64,000 nucleotides of DNA from Candidatus Omnitrophota bacterium (GTDB lineage: Bacteria > Omnitrophota > Omnitrophia > Omnitrophales > Aquincolibacteriaceae). The DNA lies in the NCBI GenBank assembly GCA_043808175.1, contig JAZDFE010000007.1, forward strand, positions 16,099 to 80,098, read 5' to 3'. Under the pieces are notes generated by a model. The model searched no databases and was not told the origin of the DNA. It saw only the letters and a list, made by a program, of their open reading frames with translations. Each line of letters opens with the position of its first letter. The stretch's first letter is position 1. Below are positions 9,238 to 19,802 of this stretch, in pieces. Made by a program: the position numbers and the translations under genes.

Positions 9238-9812
9238 AGCGTATCGCGTTTTTGGTGTCGGGTTCTGGAACCAATATGGAGAATTTGATCCGACGGATTC
9301 GGGCGGGGGAGATCCATGCCGAAGCCGCGGTCGTGATCTCAAACAAGCCCGGCGTGAAGGCGCTCGAGAAGGCGGCTGCGCTTGGGGTGAAAACGGTCGT
9401 GATCGATCATAAGGTATACGCGGATCGGGCGGCTTTTGATCAGGCCCTTAGCGAATGTCTTGAAAAACACAAGGTCGATATCATTGTGCTGGCTGGGTTC
9501 ATGCGCATCCTGACCGAAGAATTCGTAAAAAAACACCATGGCCGGCTTATTAACATTCATCCCGCGCTTTTGCCGGCATTTCCGGGAGCTCACGCGATTA
9601 AAGACGCCTGGGGCGCGAAAGTGAAGGAGACCGGCGTAACGGTTCATTTTGTCGATGCGGGGGTGGACACCGGCCCCGTTATCCTCCAGCGCAAAGTCCC
9701 GATTCTCCCCAAGGATACGCTTGAGACGCTAGAATCCCGCGTCCACAGACTCGAATACGAAATTTACCCCCAGGCCTTGAATCTCGTATTGTCCGGAAAA
9801 TTAACGATATGA
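9234..9812 (+). CDS. purN: Phosphoribosylglycinamide formyltransferase.
   Basis: PurN sequence is present (IAFLVSGSGTNMENLI ... INIHPALLPAFPG). Its start overlaps the rsmI stop (ATGA). Confidence 0.85.
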   Translation: MKRIAFLVSGSGTNMENLIRRIRAGEIHAEAAVVISNKPGVKALEKAAALGVKTVVIDHKVYADRAAFDQALSECLEKHKVDIIVLAGFMRILTEEFVKKHHGRLINIHPALLPAFPGAHAIKDAWGAKVKETGVTVHFVDAGVDTGPVILQRKVPILPKDTLETLESRVHRLEYEIYPQALNLVLSGKLTI

Positions 9813-9856
9813 GCGGGTTTTAACTGCCCACGGTGCTGGACACCCTCTGGGGATTT

Positions 9857-9865
9857 GTTATAATC
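9857..9865 (+). promoter_or_regulatory. Extended -10 promoter element (TGtTATAAT) upstream of eno.
   Basis: tgttataat lies at about 9857-9865. The ribosome-binding site aaaaggagctct follows 8 nt before the eno ATG. Confidence 0.45.
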
Positions 9866-9908
9866 ATGCTCGAATTCAAGTGGTTTTCTTGCCTGGCATT
9901 CTCTTTAA

Positions 9909-11698
<1,790 letters not shown>

Positions 11699-11762
11699 CC
11701 TGATCCCCAAAAGAAGCTAAAGGTTTCCCAAAAGGCATGCTTTGGGGACCCTTTCAGTCGCG

Positions 11763-11790
11763 TTGACAAGCCAAAGGTTATCCATATAAT
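11763..11790 (+). promoter_or_regulatory. Near-consensus sigma70 promoter (TTGACA-N16-TATAAT) for the 11852 gene.
   Basis: TTGACA lies at about 11763-11768 and TATAAT at about 11785-11790. Confidence 0.55.
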
Positions 11791-11851
11791 AATAACCTCT
11801 TTCATTGCAGCAAGTTACATCAATTTAAGTCCCCACGGGATTGAAGGTCCA

Positions 11852-12907
11852 ATGGAAAACTGTCGCACGAGGGTTTTATTTCTTTTTTTCGCCGTTTTTT
11901 TCATCGCGTTCAGCGTAGCTGTTCGCGCTGAAACGGTTGAAGAAAAAAAAGCCGCAGCGAATTATGACGAGACTTTACCGGCACCTGGGGAAGCCCGGGT
12001 GGTCGAAGGGGCTTCTTCGGTCCCACAAGTTTCCACGGGAGTACAGCCTGCGCAAGTGATCGTTCCGCCGGTCCGAGTAGTCCCGGCAGCCACTCAAGCG
12101 GAGGGGTTTCAAGCGCTTGGAACGGTACAGTCCCCGCCGGCGGCACCAAAATTAGTTTCCCAAAAGATGCCGGAAGCCCAGGTATTCACAGCTTCAAACC
12201 CTTCCGGGCTTGTGGAGGTCAGCGGTTACAAATATCCGGTCTTTTTTTTCGCCCCGAAGGATTACAAGACCGACAGGACCTATGCGATGATCATGATCGC
12301 GCCGGCCAAGGATGCGAAAGCGGAAGAACAGATCGAGTATTTGACGGGGCTCGCTCAAAGAAAGAGCATCTTTATCCTAGCTCCTTATGTTCTCTGGCCG
12401 AAAGCGGGGGACACACCTTATAGGCTGGACGAATGGCTTCTCACAGTGAAAAGAGATATGGTGGAACGCTTCCCCATAAGTAAAGAGCGTGTCTATCTTG
12501 TCGGAAAAGATTTGGGAGCCCACTATGCGGCTTACATGGCGATCAAATATCCCAAAGAATTTGCGGCAGTGGCTTTGCTGGGCCAAGCGTGGGACGGGCC
12601 TTTTTCTCAACTGATCCGGCCCCGCACGGATGCAGCAGACCAGGTTCCCTTTTACATCGCCATGAAAGTGAATGGCGAAGCTCGGTCCCGGAACCAGGCT
12701 TGGTTCGATGAGCTTCAAAAAAAGGGTTATCCGCTCCATCTCGTGGATTACAATCGGGATGAGGAGCTGAATGACCTGGAATTTAAAAAATCAATTTTTG
12801 ATTGGATGGAATCCACGGGGCAGAGTTGGAAAGCTTCCGTGGCTCAGGGCCAAAAGACCTGGAAGGGAAAATTCAAAAAAGGCGTTAAGGATTTCTTCGC
12901 AGTTTGA
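11852..12907 (+). CDS. Secreted alpha/beta-hydrolase-fold protein (esterase-like). The nucleophile elbow reads G-K-D-L-G, with Asp instead of Ser.
   Basis: It has a signal peptide (MENCRTRVLFLFFAVFFIAFSVAVRA). The central region resembles esterase/depolymerase alpha/beta hydrolases. I cannot assign a specific family. Confidence 0.45.
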   Translation: MENCRTRVLFLFFAVFFIAFSVAVRAETVEEKKAAANYDETLPAPGEARVVEGASSVPQVSTGVQPAQVIVPPVRVVPAATQAEGFQALGTVQSPPAAPKLVSQKMPEAQVFTASNPSGLVEVSGYKYPVFFFAPKDYKTDRTYAMIMIAPAKDAKAEEQIEYLTGLAQRKSIFILAPYVLWPKAGDTPYRLDEWLLTVKRDMVERFPISKERVYLVGKDLGAHYAAYMAIKYPKEFAAVALLGQAWDGPFSQLIRPRTDAADQVPFYIAMKVNGEARSRNQAWFDELQKKGYPLHLVDYNRDEELNDLEFKKSIFDWMESTGQSWKASVAQGQKTWKGKFKKGVKDFFAV

Positions 12908-12966
12908 TTTTTCTCCGATTTTTATTCAATGAAATGGCGGCCAAGACTCATCATGGAAAATAGATC

Positions 12967-14652
12967 GTGAAACTTACAGGCGCTCAAATTCTGATCCGGT
13001 GTCTTGAAAAGGAAGGCGTGGAGCACATTTTTGGGCTTCCCGGCGGGGTCATTCTGCCCACTTACGATGCGCTCTATGATTCCAAGATGAAACTGATCTT
13101 GACCAAGCATGAGCAAGGTGCGACGCATATGGCGGATGGGTACGCTCGCGCGACGGGACGTCCTGGCGTTTGTTTGGTGACTTCAGGACCCGCAGCCACG
13201 AACACCGTAACCGGTTTGGCGACCGCTTATATGGATTCCGTGCCTTTGGTCTGCATCACCGGGCAGGTGACTACGAATGCGATCGGGAGTGATGCGTTCC
13301 AGGAAGTGGATATCGTCGGGATCACGCGCCCTATCACGAAACATAATTTTCTGATCAAAGATGTCCGGGACATTGCGCGGATCGTGCGTGAAGCATTCTA
13401 TATCGCGACGACCGGGAAGCCCGGCCCGGTGTTGATCGATTTTCCTGTGGATGTCAGTCGAGCCAAAACAGAGTTTGTCTGGCCGAAAGATGTCTTTATC
13501 CGGAGTTATCAACCGGATGTGGAATGTCCCGGGGTGGAAGAGCAGATTCGGAAGGCCGCCGAGCTGATCCGTGGAAGCAAACGGCCCGTGCTCTATGTGG
13601 GGGGCGGGGCGATCATTTCCGGAGCTGAAAAAGAGATCCGCGAATTCGTGGAAAAAACGGGGATCCCTATTACGACGACGATCCTGGGACTCGGGATCTT
13701 TCCGGAAACGCACGAGTCGTCGCTGAGGATGCTCGGGATGCACGGCACTCATTTCGCGAATTATGCGGTGCAGAATTCCGATGTTTTGATCGGGGTCGGC
13801 GCGCGTTTTGACGATCGCGTGACCGGTAATGTGACGAAGTTCGCACCACACGCCAAGATCATTCATATTGATATCGATCCATCATCGATCTCGAAGACCG
13901 TTCGGGTGCACGTGCCTTTGGTAAGCGACGTAAAGCGAGCGATCGGGAAATTGATCGCGCTTGTTCCGGACAAGCGCTCGGACATGAAAGAGTGGCTCGC
14001 CCGGATCGCGGCTTGGAAGCAAAAGCATCCGATGAAATATGAGAGCACGGGGCCGAAGATCCATCCTGCGTACGTGATCAAAAAGATCGGAGAACTAACG
14101 AAGCACCAGGCGATCGTGGTTACCGGCGTGGGACAGCATCAGATGTGGACGGCGCAATGGTATCAATTCGACCGGTCGCGCACCATGCTCACCTCCGGTG
14201 GGCTTGGGACCATGGGCTATGGTTTTCCCGCCGCGATCGGCGCGCAGCTCGGAAAACCTAAAGATACCGTGGTTTGCATCGAAGGCGACGGGTCGTTCCA
14301 GATGACCATGACGGAGCTTGCAACCGCGGCTTATAACAAAGTGCCGGTCAAGACGTTTATCATGGATAATGGTTACTATGGCATGGTACGCCAATGGCAG
14401 GAACTTTTCTACAAACGGCGCTATTCGGGTTCCGTGATCGGTCCTACCAACCCTGATTTTGTAAAATTGGTGGGCGCTTACGGGATCCTTGCGTTTCGGG
14501 TCTCGCAGGAAAAGGAAGTGGTGCCGGCGATCAAAAAGGCGCTGGCTCACAAAGGCCCTGTGGTCGTGCAATGCCTTGTTTCCAGAGAAGCGAATGTGTA
14601 TCCGATGGTCGCGGCCGGGAATGCCTTGGACCAAATTATGGATATGGCGTAA
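12967..14652 (+). CDS. ilvB: Acetolactate synthase large subunit; the start codon is GTG.
   Basis: ThDP-enzyme motifs are present (GLPGGVILPTYDAL, GTMGYGFPAAIGAQ). It is followed by ilvN and ilvC. Confidence 0.9.
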   Translation: MKLTGAQILIRCLEKEGVEHIFGLPGGVILPTYDALYDSKMKLILTKHEQGATHMADGYARATGRPGVCLVTSGPAATNTVTGLATAYMDSVPLVCITGQVTTNAIGSDAFQEVDIVGITRPITKHNFLIKDVRDIARIVREAFYIATTGKPGPVLIDFPVDVSRAKTEFVWPKDVFIRSYQPDVECPGVEEQIRKAAELIRGSKRPVLYVGGGAIISGAEKEIREFVEKTGIPITTTILGLGIFPETHESSLRMLGMHGTHFANYAVQNSDVLIGVGARFDDRVTGNVTKFAPHAKIIHIDIDPSSISKTVRVHVPLVSDVKRAIGKLIALVPDKRSDMKEWLARIAAWKQKHPMKYESTGPKIHPAYVIKKIGELTKHQAIVVTGVGQHQMWTAQWYQFDRSRTMLTSGGLGTMGYGFPAAIGAQLGKPKDTVVCIEGDGSFQMTMTELATAAYNKVPVKTFIMDNGYYGMVRQWQELFYKRRYSGSVIGPTNPDFVKLVGAYGILAFRVSQEKEVVPAIKKALAHKGPVVVQCLVSREANVYPMVAAGNALDQIMDMA

Positions 14653-14720
14653 TCCAGTTAAGCGGTAAGTTATAAGAAAAAGGTTTACCGCTTATCACTT
14701 ATCACTGAAAAGGAGCTCTT

Positions 14721-15332
14721 ATGCAACATACGGTCTCAGTATTGGTGGAAAACCACGCCGGTGTTTTAGCGCGCGTCGCGGGACTTTTTTCGGCGCGCGG
14801 ATTCAATATCGACAGTCTCGCGGTGGGGGAGACCCAGGATCCGGAAGTGTCGCGCATGACCGTGATCGCGAACGGGGATGACCGCGTGGTCGAGCAGATC
14901 ATGAAGCAGCTGAATAAGCTGGTGGACGTGATCTGTGTGGAAGATCTCACGGCAAAAGATATGATCACGCGGGAGCTTGTGCTGATCAAGATCAGCGCGA
15001 ACGCGTCCAATCGTAACGATATCATGCATGTCGTCAATACGTTCCGCGCGAAGATTGTGGACGTAAGCCCGGAATCCCTGACGATCGAGGTCACGGGAAG
15101 CGAAGGTAAGATCGACGCCATGCTCGAGCTTTTGAAGCCGTTCGATCTCAAAGAGGTTGTCCGGACAGGGCAGATCGCCATGGCTCGCCGGGACGAACTG
15201 AAAGCTCCCTTAAAATGCGGCGAGAAGACCGGCACTTGTAAGACGGCAAAAAAACAAAAAGGAAATAATTTTACAAAGCGCGTAAAGAGCAAAGGGCAAA
15301 GCGCAAGGAAAAACACCGGTCTTGCGCATTGA
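14721..15332 (+). CDS. ilvN: Acetolactate synthase small (regulatory) subunit with a Lys-rich C-terminal tail of about 40 aa.
   Basis: An ACT domain is present (VSVLVENHAGVLARVAGLFSARGFNIDSLAVG). The tail reads KCGEKTGTCKTAKKQKGNNFTKRVKSKGQSARK. Confidence 0.85.
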   Translation: MQHTVSVLVENHAGVLARVAGLFSARGFNIDSLAVGETQDPEVSRMTVIANGDDRVVEQIMKQLNKLVDVICVEDLTAKDMITRELVLIKISANASNRNDIMHVVNTFRAKIVDVSPESLTIEVTGSEGKIDAMLELLKPFDLKEVVRTGQIAMARRDELKAPLKCGEKTGTCKTAKKQKGNNFTKRVKSKGQSARKNTGLAH

Positions 15333-15372
15333 ACTTTGAGCCTTGCGCCAAAGTCAACGAAAGGAAAATAAA

Positions 15373-16374
15373 ATGGCAGTCAAAATCTATTACGACAAAG
15401 ACGCGGATCTAAACCTTTTAAAAGACAAAAAAATCGCCATCATCGGGTATGGGATCCAAGGCCGCGGGCAGGGACTGAATCTTCGTGATTCGGGCGTGAA
15501 TGTGATCGTCTCCGAGCTCTCCGGGACGCCGAACTATGAACAAGCGGTGAAAGACGGTTTCAAGCCTATGGCCGCGAGCGAAGCAGCTCAACAAGCGGAT
15601 ATTATCCAGATCTTGACGCAGGATCATCTTCAGGCCGAGATCTATGAAAAACATATCGCACCGCACATGAAGGCCGGTAAATCGCTTTGTTTCTCTCACG
15701 GGTTCAACATCCACTTCGGCTATATCCAGCCCGCAAAGGAGATCGATGTATTTATGGTCGCCCCTAAGGGACCGGGTTCGCTCGTGCGTTCCCAATTCGT
15801 GGAAGGCGGAGGCGTGCCGTGTCTGGTGGCCGTAAAACAGAATCCCAGCGGTAAAGCACTCCAGATCGGTCTTGCGTATGCCAAGGCGATCGGCGGCGCT
15901 CGCGCGGGTGTGATCGAAACTACTTTCAAGGAAGAGACCGAGACGGATCTTTTCGGCGAGCAAGCGGTTCTCTGCGGCGGTTTGAGCGAACTGATCACGG
16001 CCGGTTTTGATACTTTGGTTGAGGCGGGGTATCAGCCGGAGATGGCGTATTTTGAATGTCTTCATGAAGTGAAACTTATTGTGGACGCGATGTTCGTGCA
16101 CGGGATCAGCGGTATGTATCGACGCGTTTCCGATACCGCGGAATATGGCGGTTATAGCCGCGGGCCACGCGTGATCACGAAGGACACCCGCAAGGAAATG
16201 AAGAAAATGCTGGAAGAGATCATGTCCGGGAAATTCGCGAAGGAATGGATGGAAGAGAATAGAAAAGGGCGCCCCAATTTTAAAAAGATGCGCGAAAATT
16301 GCGACAAACATCTGGTCGAAAAAGTTGGAGCGCAGCTGCGCGGGATGATGGAATTCATCCGCAAAGCAAAATAA
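15373..16374 (+). CDS. ilvC: Ketol-acid reductoisomerase (class I). The start is refined to [12 protein letters not shown].
   Basis: KARI motifs are present ([30 protein letters not shown]). Confidence 0.9.
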   Translation: MAVKIYYDKDADLNLLKDKKIAIIGYGIQGRGQGLNLRDSGVNVIVSELSGTPNYEQAVKDGFKPMAASEAAQQADIIQILTQDHLQAEIYEKHIAPHMKAGKSLCFSHGFNIHFGYIQPAKEIDVFMVAPKGPGSLVRSQFVEGGGVPCLVAVKQNPSGKALQIGLAYAKAIGGARAGVIETTFKEETETDLFGEQAVLCGGLSELITAGFDTLVEAGYQPEMAYFECLHEVKLIVDAMFVHGISGMYRRVSDTAEYGGYSRGPRVITKDTRKEMKKMLEEIMSGKFAKEWMEENRKGRPNFKKMRENCDKHLVEKVGAQLRGMMEFIRKAK

Positions 16375-16397
16375 GAAAGGAAGTTACCAGGACTGTC

Positions 16398-17945
16398 ATG
16401 GCGGGAAAACGGAAGATTCACATATTTGACACCACGCTGAGAGACGGCGAGCAATCACCCGGGGCGTCGCTTACTCCGGATGAGAAGCTGACGATCGCGC
16501 GCCAGCTTGAGCGGTTGAATATCGATGTGATCGAAGCCGGGTTTCCGGCATCTTCACTTGGGGAGATGAAGGCCGTCTCCATGATCGCGGAAAATGTGCG
16601 TAAGCCCGTGATCTGCGGTCTTTCGCGCATGATCCCACGGGATATCGATGCCTGCCGACGGGCCCTTGAAAAGGCCGCGAGAAAACGCCTGCATCTTTTT
16701 CTCGCAACCTCCCAGATTCATCGTGAGTTCAAGCTCAAAAAAAACAAAAGAGAGATCTTAGCGATGGTAGAACAGAACATCAAATCTGCGGCTAAGGATT
16801 TTAAGCAGATCGAATTTTCGCCTGAGGATGCGTCACGTACCGAACGGGACTTTTTGGCGGGGACCGTCCGGGCCGCGATCCATGCGGGGGCCACTTCGAT
16901 CAATATTCCGGATACTGTGGGTTACACGGTCCCGCAGGAATTCACGGAGCTGATCCGTTTCTTGATCAAGAAAAACCCCGAATTGGGCAAAAAGGTCGTG
17001 CTTTCGGTTCATTGTCATAACGACCTCGGTCTCGCGACAGCCAATTCCTTGGCCGCCGTCCTGGCGGGTGCGAATCAGGTGGAGTGTACGGTGAATGGGA
17101 TTGGCGAACGTGCGGGGAACGCTTCGCTGGAAGAGATCGCCATGGCGATCGATACGCGCGCGGATTTCATGAATTGTTACACAGATATCAAACTCTCTGA
17201 GATCACCAAAGCTTCGCGGTTGGTATCTAATTTGACGGGAATGGTCGTTCAGCCTAACAAAGCGATCGTCGGGCGCAATGCCTTCTGGCATGCTTCCGGC
17301 ATCCATCAGGACGGGGTGCTCAAGAAGCGCCAGACCTATGAGATCATGGACCCGAAAAAGATCGGGCTTTCCGGCAACCAGCTGATGCTCGGGAAACTCT
17401 CGGGCAAGCACGCCTTTGAGGTGCGTGTGAAAAAGCTCGGGTTCCGCTTGGGGCTCAAGGAACTCGATCAGGCTTTCGTTCAATTCAAGGCTCTCGCGGA
17501 CAAGAAGAAATATATTTTTGACGAAGATCTCGAGGCCATCTTGCAAAATGAAATCGCCAAGATCCCGGAGACCTGGAAGCTGGCATCCATGAAGGTGGTG
17601 TCTGAAACCGGCGCAAAGCCTCATGCTCAGATCAAGCTTTCTTATGAAGGCAAGGCCAAGCAAGCCGTTTCGAACGGAGACGGTCCCGTGGATGCTTGTT
17701 ACAAGGCCATTGAGAAGATCGTCAATTCCAGGGCACAACTTATTCATTACGGTCTGCAATCGGTCACGAGCGGCAAAGATGCTTTGGGCGAAGTGCTGGT
17801 TAAGCTTGAGATCGGTGGCAAGGAAGTGACCGGTCGCGGCACGAGTACTGACATTATTGAAGCCAGCGTACGCGCCTATCTTTTCGCGATTAATAAAGTT
17901 TCGGCGAACTCTCAACGGGCCGCGAGCCAGTCTTCCCCGGTGTGA
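16398..17945 (+). CDS. leuA: 2-isopropylmalate synthase / (R)-citramalate synthase family. The start is refined to MAGKRKIHIFDTTLRDGEQ.
   Basis: The HMGL-like TIM barrel (HCHNDLGLATANSLAAVLAGA) and a C-terminal LeuA dimerisation/regulatory domain are present. Confidence 0.8.
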   Translation: MAGKRKIHIFDTTLRDGEQSPGASLTPDEKLTIARQLERLNIDVIEAGFPASSLGEMKAVSMIAENVRKPVICGLSRMIPRDIDACRRALEKAARKRLHLFLATSQIHREFKLKKNKREILAMVEQNIKSAAKDFKQIEFSPEDASRTERDFLAGTVRAAIHAGATSINIPDTVGYTVPQEFTELIRFLIKKNPELGKKVVLSVHCHNDLGLATANSLAAVLAGANQVECTVNGIGERAGNASLEEIAMAIDTRADFMNCYTDIKLSEITKASRLVSNLTGMVVQPNKAIVGRNAFWHASGIHQDGVLKKRQTYEIMDPKKIGLSGNQLMLGKLSGKHAFEVRVKKLGFRLGLKELDQAFVQFKALADKKKYIFDEDLEAILQNEIAKIPETWKLASMKVVSETGAKPHAQIKLSYEGKAKQAVSNGDGPVDACYKAIEKIVNSRAQLIHYGLQSVTSGKDALGEVLVKLEIGGKEVTGRGTSTDIIEASVRAYLFAINKVSANSQRAASQSSPV

Positions 17946-18952
17946 AAAAAGACAAGCCCAATTCCCCATCAAAGAATTTAAAGGTCAATTGGACTAGTCC
18001 TGGCAACCTTCAGTCAGGAAAAAATAGATGCCAGGACAAGACCTTCAAGCTTTACGGAATCTTCGGGTACCCCCTTTCGCACACTCTTTCTCCGACCATG
18101 CACGAAGCCGCGTTCCGCAGGCTCGGGATCGACGCCCACTATATCGTTCTGGAATTGATTCCCGCCGATTTCAAAAAGCTCATGCGCCAATCCTCCGAAC
18201 TTTCTCTTTCAGGTTTTAATGTCACAGTGCCCTACAAAGAAACAGTGATGAAAGATCTCGCCGGCATCCGGCCGGAAGCGCGTGTCATCGGCGCGGTCAA
18301 TACGGTTTTCAAACAAGGGAAACGGTGGATAGGTACCAATACGGACATGGAAGGTTTTCTTACGGCGATCATGAAGGAAGGCGGGTTTCGCCCGTCCGGG
18401 AAAAAGGCCGTGATCCTCGGGGCCGGTGGCGCGGCACGCGCGGTGGTTTATGGTCTTTCGAGAGAGGGAATCCGGGAGATCCTGATCGCGGATTGCTTTC
18501 CCCAAAAAGCCCAGAAGATCGCGAGTGACATGCGGAAACTTTTCAAACGGGTGAATTACTATGCTGCAATGGCCGGAACACCGGAGGTCAAGGAGGCTCT
18601 TCAAAAAGCCGATGTTATTATCAACGCGACTCCGATCGGGCTGAAGTCTCAAGACCCAAAGGTGGTCCCGGAAAGATGGATCCCTCGAGCGGGAAGGGCT
18701 CGAGGAACTCCGCGGGGGCGAGCCTCGAAAAGATCAAGCTGCGGCTCGATGCTTTTTATGGATCTTATTTATAATCCGGCCGTGACACCTTTTTTAAAGA
18801 TGGCAAAAAAGAAAGGGCATCGGACCCTAAACGGGCTCGGGATGCTGCTTCATCAAGGCGCTCGGGCTTTGGAGCTTTGGACGGGACGAAAGGCGCCGGT
18901 GGGCGTGATGCGCCGGGCGCTTCTTAACGCTCTAAGCGAACGGGGGAAATGA
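17942..18952 (+). CDS. aroE: Shikimate dehydrogenase carrying two insertions. One is an N-terminal family-1 repeat element of about 30 aa. The other is an internal Arg-rich insert of about 20 aa.
   Basis: AroE signature is present (LYGIFGYPLSHTLSPTMHEAAF ... ILGAGGAARAVVYGL ... NATPIGL ... DLIYNP). The GTG start overlaps the leuA stop (GTGA). Confidence 0.8.
   Translation: MKKDKPNSPSKNLKVNWTSPGNLQSGKNRCQDKTFKLYGIFGYPLSHTLSPTMHEAAFRRLGIDAHYIVLELIPADFKKLMRQSSELSLSGFNVTVPYKETVMKDLAGIRPEARVIGAVNTVFKQGKRWIGTNTDMEGFLTAIMKEGGFRPSGKKAVILGAGGAARAVVYGLSREGIREILIADCFPQKAQKIASDMRKLFKRVNYYAAMAGTPEVKEALQKADVIINATPIGLKSQDPKVVPERWIPRAGRARGTPRGRASKRSSCGSMLFMDLIYNPAVTPFLKMAKKKGHRTLNGLGMLLHQGARALELWTGRKAPVGVMRRALLNALSERGK
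17954..18040 (+). repeat. Family-1 intragenic repeat, copy A. It is about 87-90 bp, lies in-frame in the aroE 5' coding region and translates as PNSPSKNLKVNWTSPGNLQSGKNRCQDKTF.
   Basis: By eye it is roughly 75% identical to copies at about 39917-40005 and 40244-40331. An internal inverted repeat is present: gtcctggca (17996-18004) pairs with tgccaggac (18028-18036). Confidence 0.8.
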
Positions 18953-18953
18953 C

Positions 18954-19742
18954 TTGGATCCAATGACGTCGTGGTTTGTTTTTTTTGTCGGGGCGGTCGT
19001 GGGGAGTTTTTTGAATGTTTGTATTTATCGGATGCCGCGCGATCTTTCGATCGTGCTTCCCCGGTCCTTTTGCCCGCATTGCAAAGCGAAGATACCCTGG
19101 TATGAGAATATACCGCTCGCGAGCTATCTCCTGCTTCGTGGAAAATGTTTCCGCTGCCGAAAACCGATCGCCTTTCGCTATTTTCTCGTGGAATTGGCCG
19201 CGGCCGGGATCGCCTTGTGGTTATGGCAACGGTACGGTCTGTCGGTCGAATTTGTGGCGAGCGCGATCTTTTTTGCCATGATCATTGTAGTCACCATGAC
19301 GGACTTTGAGACCGGGCTGATCCCGGATCAGATCACGTACGCAGGGATGATCTTGGGATTAGGGCTCAGCGTGGCCGGCTACGGGCATTTTACACAAGCA
19401 TTTTGGTATCAAAAACTCCTCGCTTCCGGGGCCGGGCTTTTGACGGGAGGCGGGATCCTTCTCTTGATCGGATGGCTCGGGAAACTGGTTTTTCGCAAGG
19501 ACAGCATGGGAGGCGGGGACGTGAAGCTTTTGGCCATGATCGGCGCTTTTGTGGGAGTGACGAAGGTCGTCCTTATTTTTTTTCTTGCGCCTTTTCCGGC
19601 CTTGCCGCTCGCGATCTGGCAGCGTTTTGTAAAAAAAGAAGAAACGATTCCTTTTGGGCCGTTCCTGGCTCTCACGGGGGCGTTCATTTTTATGGAAGGG
19701 GACGCCGTCCTGAATTTTTTATCAAGAACCTACGGAGTCTAA
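18954..19742 (+). CDS. pilD: Type IV prepilin leader peptidase / N-methyltransferase (A24 family).
   Basis: A zinc-binding Cys tetrad is present (CPHCKAKI...CFRCRKPI). There are multiple transmembrane segments and a DQITYAG...GGGDVKL motif. Confidence 0.75.
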   Translation: MDPMTSWFVFFVGAVVGSFLNVCIYRMPRDLSIVLPRSFCPHCKAKIPWYENIPLASYLLLRGKCFRCRKPIAFRYFLVELAAAGIALWLWQRYGLSVEFVASAIFFAMIIVVTMTDFETGLIPDQITYAGMILGLGLSVAGYGHFTQAFWYQKLLASGAGLLTGGGILLLIGWLGKLVFRKDSMGGGDVKLLAMIGAFVGVTKVVLIFFLAPFPALPLAIWQRFVKKEETIPFGPFLALTGAFIFMEGDAVLNFLSRTYGV

Positions 19743-19802
19743 TACCGCATCACATTTAAATTTAGGGGTATGCGGTATAGTACTGTTAACCCCTAAAATC
19801 AA

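Noticed and set aside
14653-14720. Hairpin aagcggtaa…ttaccgctt between ilvB and ilvN, which could be a terminator or attenuator.
   Set aside because: There is no T-run after the stem and ilvB/ilvN must be co-expressed. It is more likely an mRNA stabilising or processing hairpin, and it was not reported as a terminator. The identical ribosome-binding word aaaaggagctct upstream of both eno and ilvN was noted, but a 12-mer shared by two sites containing a consensus Shine-Dalgarno is not strong evidence of anything beyond ribosome-binding-site convention.
16833-17972. Long minus-strand ORFs (for example 16833-17972, 58535-59524, 15418-16311, 41699-42895) that could be taken for antisense genes.
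   Set aside because: Each lies entirely antisense to a strongly supported plus-strand gene (leuA, metK, ilvC, UPF0371). Their translations are low-complexity and Arg/Pro/Gly-rich, which is typical of spurious ORFs in GC-rich DNA, and I recognise no conserved motifs in them.
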